DNA from: Aequorivita sp.
GTDB taxonomy: Bacteria > Bacteroidota > Bacteroidia > Flavobacteriales > Flavobacteriaceae
Direction of reading: 5' to 3'
Length of the DNA: 64,000 nucleotides
Assembly: GCA_030690315.1 (NCBI GenBank)
Contig: JAUYGY010000054.1
Location: 4,868-68,867 of the forward strand
The stretch's first letter is position 1, and every line of letters starts with the position of its first letter. Positions 60,393 through 64,000 of the stretch are shown one piece after another. The translations under genes and the position numbers were made by a program. Below the pieces are notes generated by a model. That model was not told where the DNA came from. It worked only from the letters and a program-made list of their open reading frames with translations, and searched no databases.

Positions 60393-60887
60393 ATGGAAAA
60401 TATTCTGAAACAACTTCCGCAGAAAGCAAAAGAAGCCGAAACCGAAAACAAAAAGTTTTTCGCGAAGCTAAAGAAAAAGCCGCCAAAACATCTCGACAGT
60501 TTGATGCAGGAATTACACGAAACGGAATTCCAAAGGACCGATTGCCTCACCTGCGCCAACTGCTGCAAAACCACCGGCCCGCTTTTTACCGATAAAGACA
60601 TCGAGCGTATTTCAAAACATTTCAGGATGAAACCGCAACAGTTTATAGAAACCTATTTGCGGATTGATGAAGATAAGGATTACGTGCTTCAAAGTGTTCC
60701 CTGCACCTTTTTGGGAACCGATAATTATTGCAGTATTTATGAAGTCCGCCCAAAAGCCTGCCGCGAATTTCCGCATACAGATAGAAAAAAATTCCAACAG
60801 ATTTCCAACTTAACAATGCAGAATGTTGCCATTTGCCCAGCGGCATTTAATATTGTGGAGGAAATGAAACGACTTTTGAATAAGTAA
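60393..60887 (+). CDS. YkgJ-family cysteine cluster protein
   Basis: CLTCANCC, CTFL, CSIYEVRPKACREFP; start at ATG 60393. Confidence 0.9.
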   Translation: MENILKQLPQKAKEAETENKKFFAKLKKKPPKHLDSLMQELHETEFQRTDCLTCANCCKTTGPLFTDKDIERISKHFRMKPQQFIETYLRIDEDKDYVLQSVPCTFLGTDNYCSIYEVRPKACREFPHTDRKKFQQISNLTMQNVAICPAAFNIVEEMKRLLNK

Positions 60888-61070
60888 GCAGTTTTCAGTC
60901 GCATTCGCAGTTATCCGTTTGAATACGAAATAATTGAGTTCTATATTTTCGAAAGTTTTGAGTTCTTTTAAGTATCGAAATGGAACAAGTGGATAAAAAA
61001 ATTACAATAAATTTATAATAGATTTCCATTTTTCCCTGCAAACTGCGACTGAAAACTGCGACTGAATACT
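60888..61070. repeat. Inverted repeats with 6/12-bp periodicity around a ~120-bp spacer
   Basis: GCAGTTTTCAGTCGCA (60888-60903) / TGCGACTGAAAACTGC (61044-61059), a perfect 16-bp inverted repeat. Confidence 0.7.
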
Positions 61071-61075
61071 ATTGT

Positions 61076-62374
61076 TTATTCATAAATTAAATACTTCTCC
61101 CTAACTTTCTGAAAACTAGCAAGCCCATCCTTCCAAGAATCGCGAATTTCTTCCGCAGACAAACCTTGCTCAATCTGTTGCTGAAGTTTATCGGTTCCAG
61201 CGAGTTTCACAAAAAATGAATTGAAAAAATCCTTCTTTTTGCCGTTAGCGTTGTAGGCATCAATCAACCATTCCAAATTAATTTTACTTAAACGCGGTTC
61301 GTTTCGAAGATCTTTTCCGTGGCAAAGTTGCCCTTTGAATTTTGGATCTTTTGCACCTTCGTTTGGTTGTGGTGTGTATTCAAAAGTATATTTTGAAGCG
61401 GGCAAACTCGGAGCGCCAAAAACCTGAAATTGCATATCGGTGCCGCGGCCGGCATTTATAAATGTTCCTTCAAAGAAACAAAGGCTTGGATATAAATTGA
61501 TGGATTGAGCGTTGGGTAAATTTGGTGAAGGTTTTATAGGGAGTGAATAGGGTGTTTCGTGAGTATAATTTTGCATTTGAATCACAGTTAAGTCACATCT
61601 CACTTTGTTTTTCAACCAGCCTTCGCCATTGAGCATTTGTGCATATTCCCCGATCGTCATTCCATGAACAACAGGCACTGGGTTCATTCCTACAAAACTT
61701 TGGTTTTCTGGTTCCATAATTGGGCCGTCAATATAATGCCCGTTTGGATTTGGTCTATCCAAAACAATCATAGGAATTCTGGCTTCGGCACAGGCTTCCA
61801 TTACATAGTGAAGTGTAGCAATATAAGTGTAAAACCGAGCGCCCACATCTTGTAAATCAAAAACCATTACGTCAATTTTGGAAACACCTTTACTTATATC
61901 TTCTTCTAGTTTTTTTGCTCCGGACAATTGTTCAAGCTTCGGTTTTTTGTTGTCGCCGTAAAGAGATATGAGGGGAACGCCAGTTTTAGTGTCAATACCA
62001 TCTTTGACGTATTCGCCGGCATCTGCTTTGCCTCTGAATCCGTGTTCTGGTGAGAAAACTACTTTTACTGAAATATTTTTCGAAATTAAAAAATCAACAA
62101 GATGCAGGTTTTCATTTTCCAATAAAGAAGTTTGATTCGCAACCAAACCTACATTTTTACCTTTCAAAAATTCAGCATAAAGTTGAAATTGCTCAGCCCC
62201 AACAATAATTTCTTGATCACTGAGCGAAGCCGAAGTGCCGTCTTGATTCTTGATTCTTGTCTCTTGGTTCTCTTTTTTCTTTCCTCTTTCTTCTTTCTTC
62301 TCTGTAGAACTTCCGCAGGAAAAAATAGTAAGAACAACCAATAAAACTGTATTTTTGAAAAAAGATAAAGCCAT
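61076..62374 (-). CDS. DUF1343 exo-beta-N-acetylmuramidase (NamZ-like) lipoprotein
   Basis: IFSC lipobox; FSPEHGFRG, FDLQDVGARFYTY, DRPNP, SPNLP, GRGT. Confidence 0.9.
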   Translation of the reverse strand: MALSFFKNTVLLVVLTIFSCGSSTEKKEERGKKKENQETRIKNQDGTSASLSDQEIIVGAEQFQLYAEFLKGKNVGLVANQTSLLENENLHLVDFLISKNISVKVVFSPEHGFRGKADAGEYVKDGIDTKTGVPLISLYGDNKKPKLEQLSGAKKLEEDISKGVSKIDVMVFDLQDVGARFYTYIATLHYVMEACAEARIPMIVLDRPNPNGHYIDGPIMEPENQSFVGMNPVPVVHGMTIGEYAQMLNGEGWLKNKVRCDLTVIQMQNYTHETPYSLPIKPSPNLPNAQSINLYPSLCFFEGTFINAGRGTDMQFQVFGAPSLPASKYTFEYTPQPNEGAKDPKFKGQLCHGKDLRNEPRLSKINLEWLIDAYNANGKKKDFFNSFFVKLAGTDKLQQQIEQGLSAEEIRDSWKDGLASFQKVREKYLIYE

Positions 62375-62383
62375 AAAACTTCA

Positions 62384-63619
62384 GTGAATTTCGAATTTTT
62401 CATCGCCCGGCGCATCATTGCTTCCAAGGACTATAAAAGTAGTATTTCGGCACCGATAATAAAAATTGCAATCACTGCAATCGCGCTCGGTATTATTATG
62501 ATGCTCGTTTCCATAGCTACGGGTGTTGGGCTTCAAAAAAAAATACGCGAAAAGGTTTCGGCATTCAACGGCGATATAATTATTACGAATTTCGACACCA
62601 ATTTTTCCAATGATTCCCAAAACCCGATTTCAAAAAAACAGGACTTTTATCCAACATTCAAAAATATTGAAGGCATAAAACACGTGCAGGTAACGGCTTC
62701 CAAAGGTGGCGTAATCCGAACCGAAACCGATTTTGAGGGCGTGGTCGTAAAAGGTGTTGGCAATGATTACGAATGGGAATATTTTCAGGATTATTTAATT
62801 GTAGGAAAACTGCCCGATTTCAACGGCGATTTAAATGAGGATATTTTGATTTCGGAATATTTGGCAAATCGACTTCAATTAAAGTTGGGCGATAAAGTGA
62901 CCACTTTTTTCCTGAACGATGAAGTTTCCAAAACCCCGCGCAGCCGTGGTTTTGATATTGTGGGCATATACAATAGCGGCTTTCAGCAGTTTGACGAGCA
63001 ATTTATAATAACGGACATTCGCCACATCCAGCGATTGAACAAATGGGAAGATGACCAGATTGGAGCATTTGAGGTTTTTGTGAACGATTTTGATGAAATT
63101 ATTCCCATTGGAAATGCGGTTTACAATGAAACCGGCAGCACACTCGATACGCAAACCATTCGTGATAAATACGCTTCAATTTTTGAATGGCTCGATCTTT
63201 TCGACTTCAATATTATTATGATTATTGGGATTATGATTTTGGTGGCGGGCATCAATATGATTACGGCCTTGTTGGTTTTAATTTTGGAACGCACCCAAAT
63301 GATCGGTATTTTGAAAGCCTTGGGAAGCAGCAATTGGAGCGTTCGGAAAGTGTTTCTTTACAACGCGATGTATTTGATAGGCGTGGGACTTTTTTGGGGA
63401 AATGTGATTGGGATTGGGTTGCTTTTGGTTCAGAAATATGGCAAGGTATTCAAATTAAACCCAGATACCTACTACGTAAATGAAGCTCCTATTTACTTGA
63501 GTTTGGATTATATTTTAATATTAAATGGCGGTACTTTTCTCCTGTGCCTTTTAATGCTTTTAATCCCTTCGTTTATAATTACTAAAATTACTCCTGTAAA
63601 AGCTATTCGATTTGAATAA
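62384..63619 (+). CDS. LolC/E-like (MacB/FtsX family) ABC transporter permease
   Basis: FEFFIARR, large periplasmic loop, ERTQMIGILKALG, PVKAIRFE. Confidence 0.88.
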   Translation: MNFEFFIARRIIASKDYKSSISAPIIKIAITAIALGIIMMLVSIATGVGLQKKIREKVSAFNGDIIITNFDTNFSNDSQNPISKKQDFYPTFKNIEGIKHVQVTASKGGVIRTETDFEGVVVKGVGNDYEWEYFQDYLIVGKLPDFNGDLNEDILISEYLANRLQLKLGDKVTTFFLNDEVSKTPRSRGFDIVGIYNSGFQQFDEQFIITDIRHIQRLNKWEDDQIGAFEVFVNDFDEIIPIGNAVYNETGSTLDTQTIRDKYASIFEWLDLFDFNIIMIIGIMILVAGINMITALLVLILERTQMIGILKALGSSNWSVRKVFLYNAMYLIGVGLFWGNVIGIGLLLVQKYGKVFKLNPDTYYVNEAPIYLSLDYILILNGGTFLLCLLMLLIPSFIITKITPVKAIRFE

Positions 63620-63749
63620 TCTTTAACAAATTCCCAAAACAACATCCCTTCCTCTCTAACGTGGAGAACTATCACCGACTATAAATTTAGGGAGCCTTAT
63701 TTATATATATTCTCACGGCCTATATAAAACCATCTTATAATACATTTAA

Positions 63750-63826
63750 AGTATGTTTAAAGTATGTTTATAGTATGTTTATAGTATGTTTATAGTATGT
63801 TTATAGTATGTTTATAGTATGTTTAC
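63750..63826. repeat. 11-bp tandem repeat AGTATGTTTAT x7
   Basis: Five exact units plus two with a variant last base; degenerate flanking units AATACATTTAA and AGCATATCTGA. Confidence 0.95.
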
Positions 63827-64000
63827 AGCATATCTGAAACATATTTTACTTTCCTTTTTCATATAAAAGGTTATAATTATGTTTAAATTTAATTTGTCTA
63901 AAATCTGTTTATGGTGTCAATTACCTAAAAATTGAGCTATTCCAAAAAGACCTTTTGCAACAGAAATTGTACCTTTACCATTCTAAAATTTATTATGGAA

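Noticed and set aside
60900-61030. ~44-codon minus-strand mini-ORF between the inverted repeats
   Set aside because: No similarity to four-helix-bundle or other families that I can see; too short to support.
5193-63483. Numerous 60-170-aa ORFs nested antisense or out of frame within long genes (e.g. 17180-17476, 29704-30186, 31219-31671, 50950-51468)
   Set aside because: They overlap well-supported CDSs and show no independent motifs; treated as shadows.

Overview
Bacteroidota (Flavobacteriaceae-type) chromosomal window, judged from the GENNYALAA tmRNA tag, TAnnTTTG promoters and gene content. Bases 1-~21350 are the right-hand part of an AT-rich genomic island inserted at the 3' end of ssrA (tmRNA, 21351-21745, minus strand), with an IntDOT-like tyrosine integrase beside it. 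Its cargo is mostly defence-like: a membrane protein, an ApeA-like HEPN protein, a TIR-TPR protein, and one translationally coupled operon (XRE controller, type III Res, type III Mod, SIR2, HerA). These are followed by an orphan protein with a TPR histidine kinase/LytTR pair, and then two orphan cytoplasmic genes that look like a minimal caspase-fold (His-Gly...Cys) protease and an Evf/Cyt-like lipid-binding protein with a single cysteine. That last pair is my best candidate for an undescribed system; the assignment rests on motif recognition and needs profile or structure confirmation. The island also has integron/rAID-like cassette boundaries and an 11-bp periodic array. Bases 21.8-63.6 kb are mainly core genome: creD module, kdsA, typA, a surface-glycan cluster, ftsE, TPR plus TonB-like receptor, a mazEF-like pair, amidohydrolase, namZ-like and lolC/E-like genes. 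This region is dotted with periodic inverted-repeat elements (one carries a four-helix-bundle gene) and two tandem candidate sRNA genes. A second 11-bp array lies at the right edge. No database search was run; all family calls come from motifs read in the sequence and recalled family knowledge.
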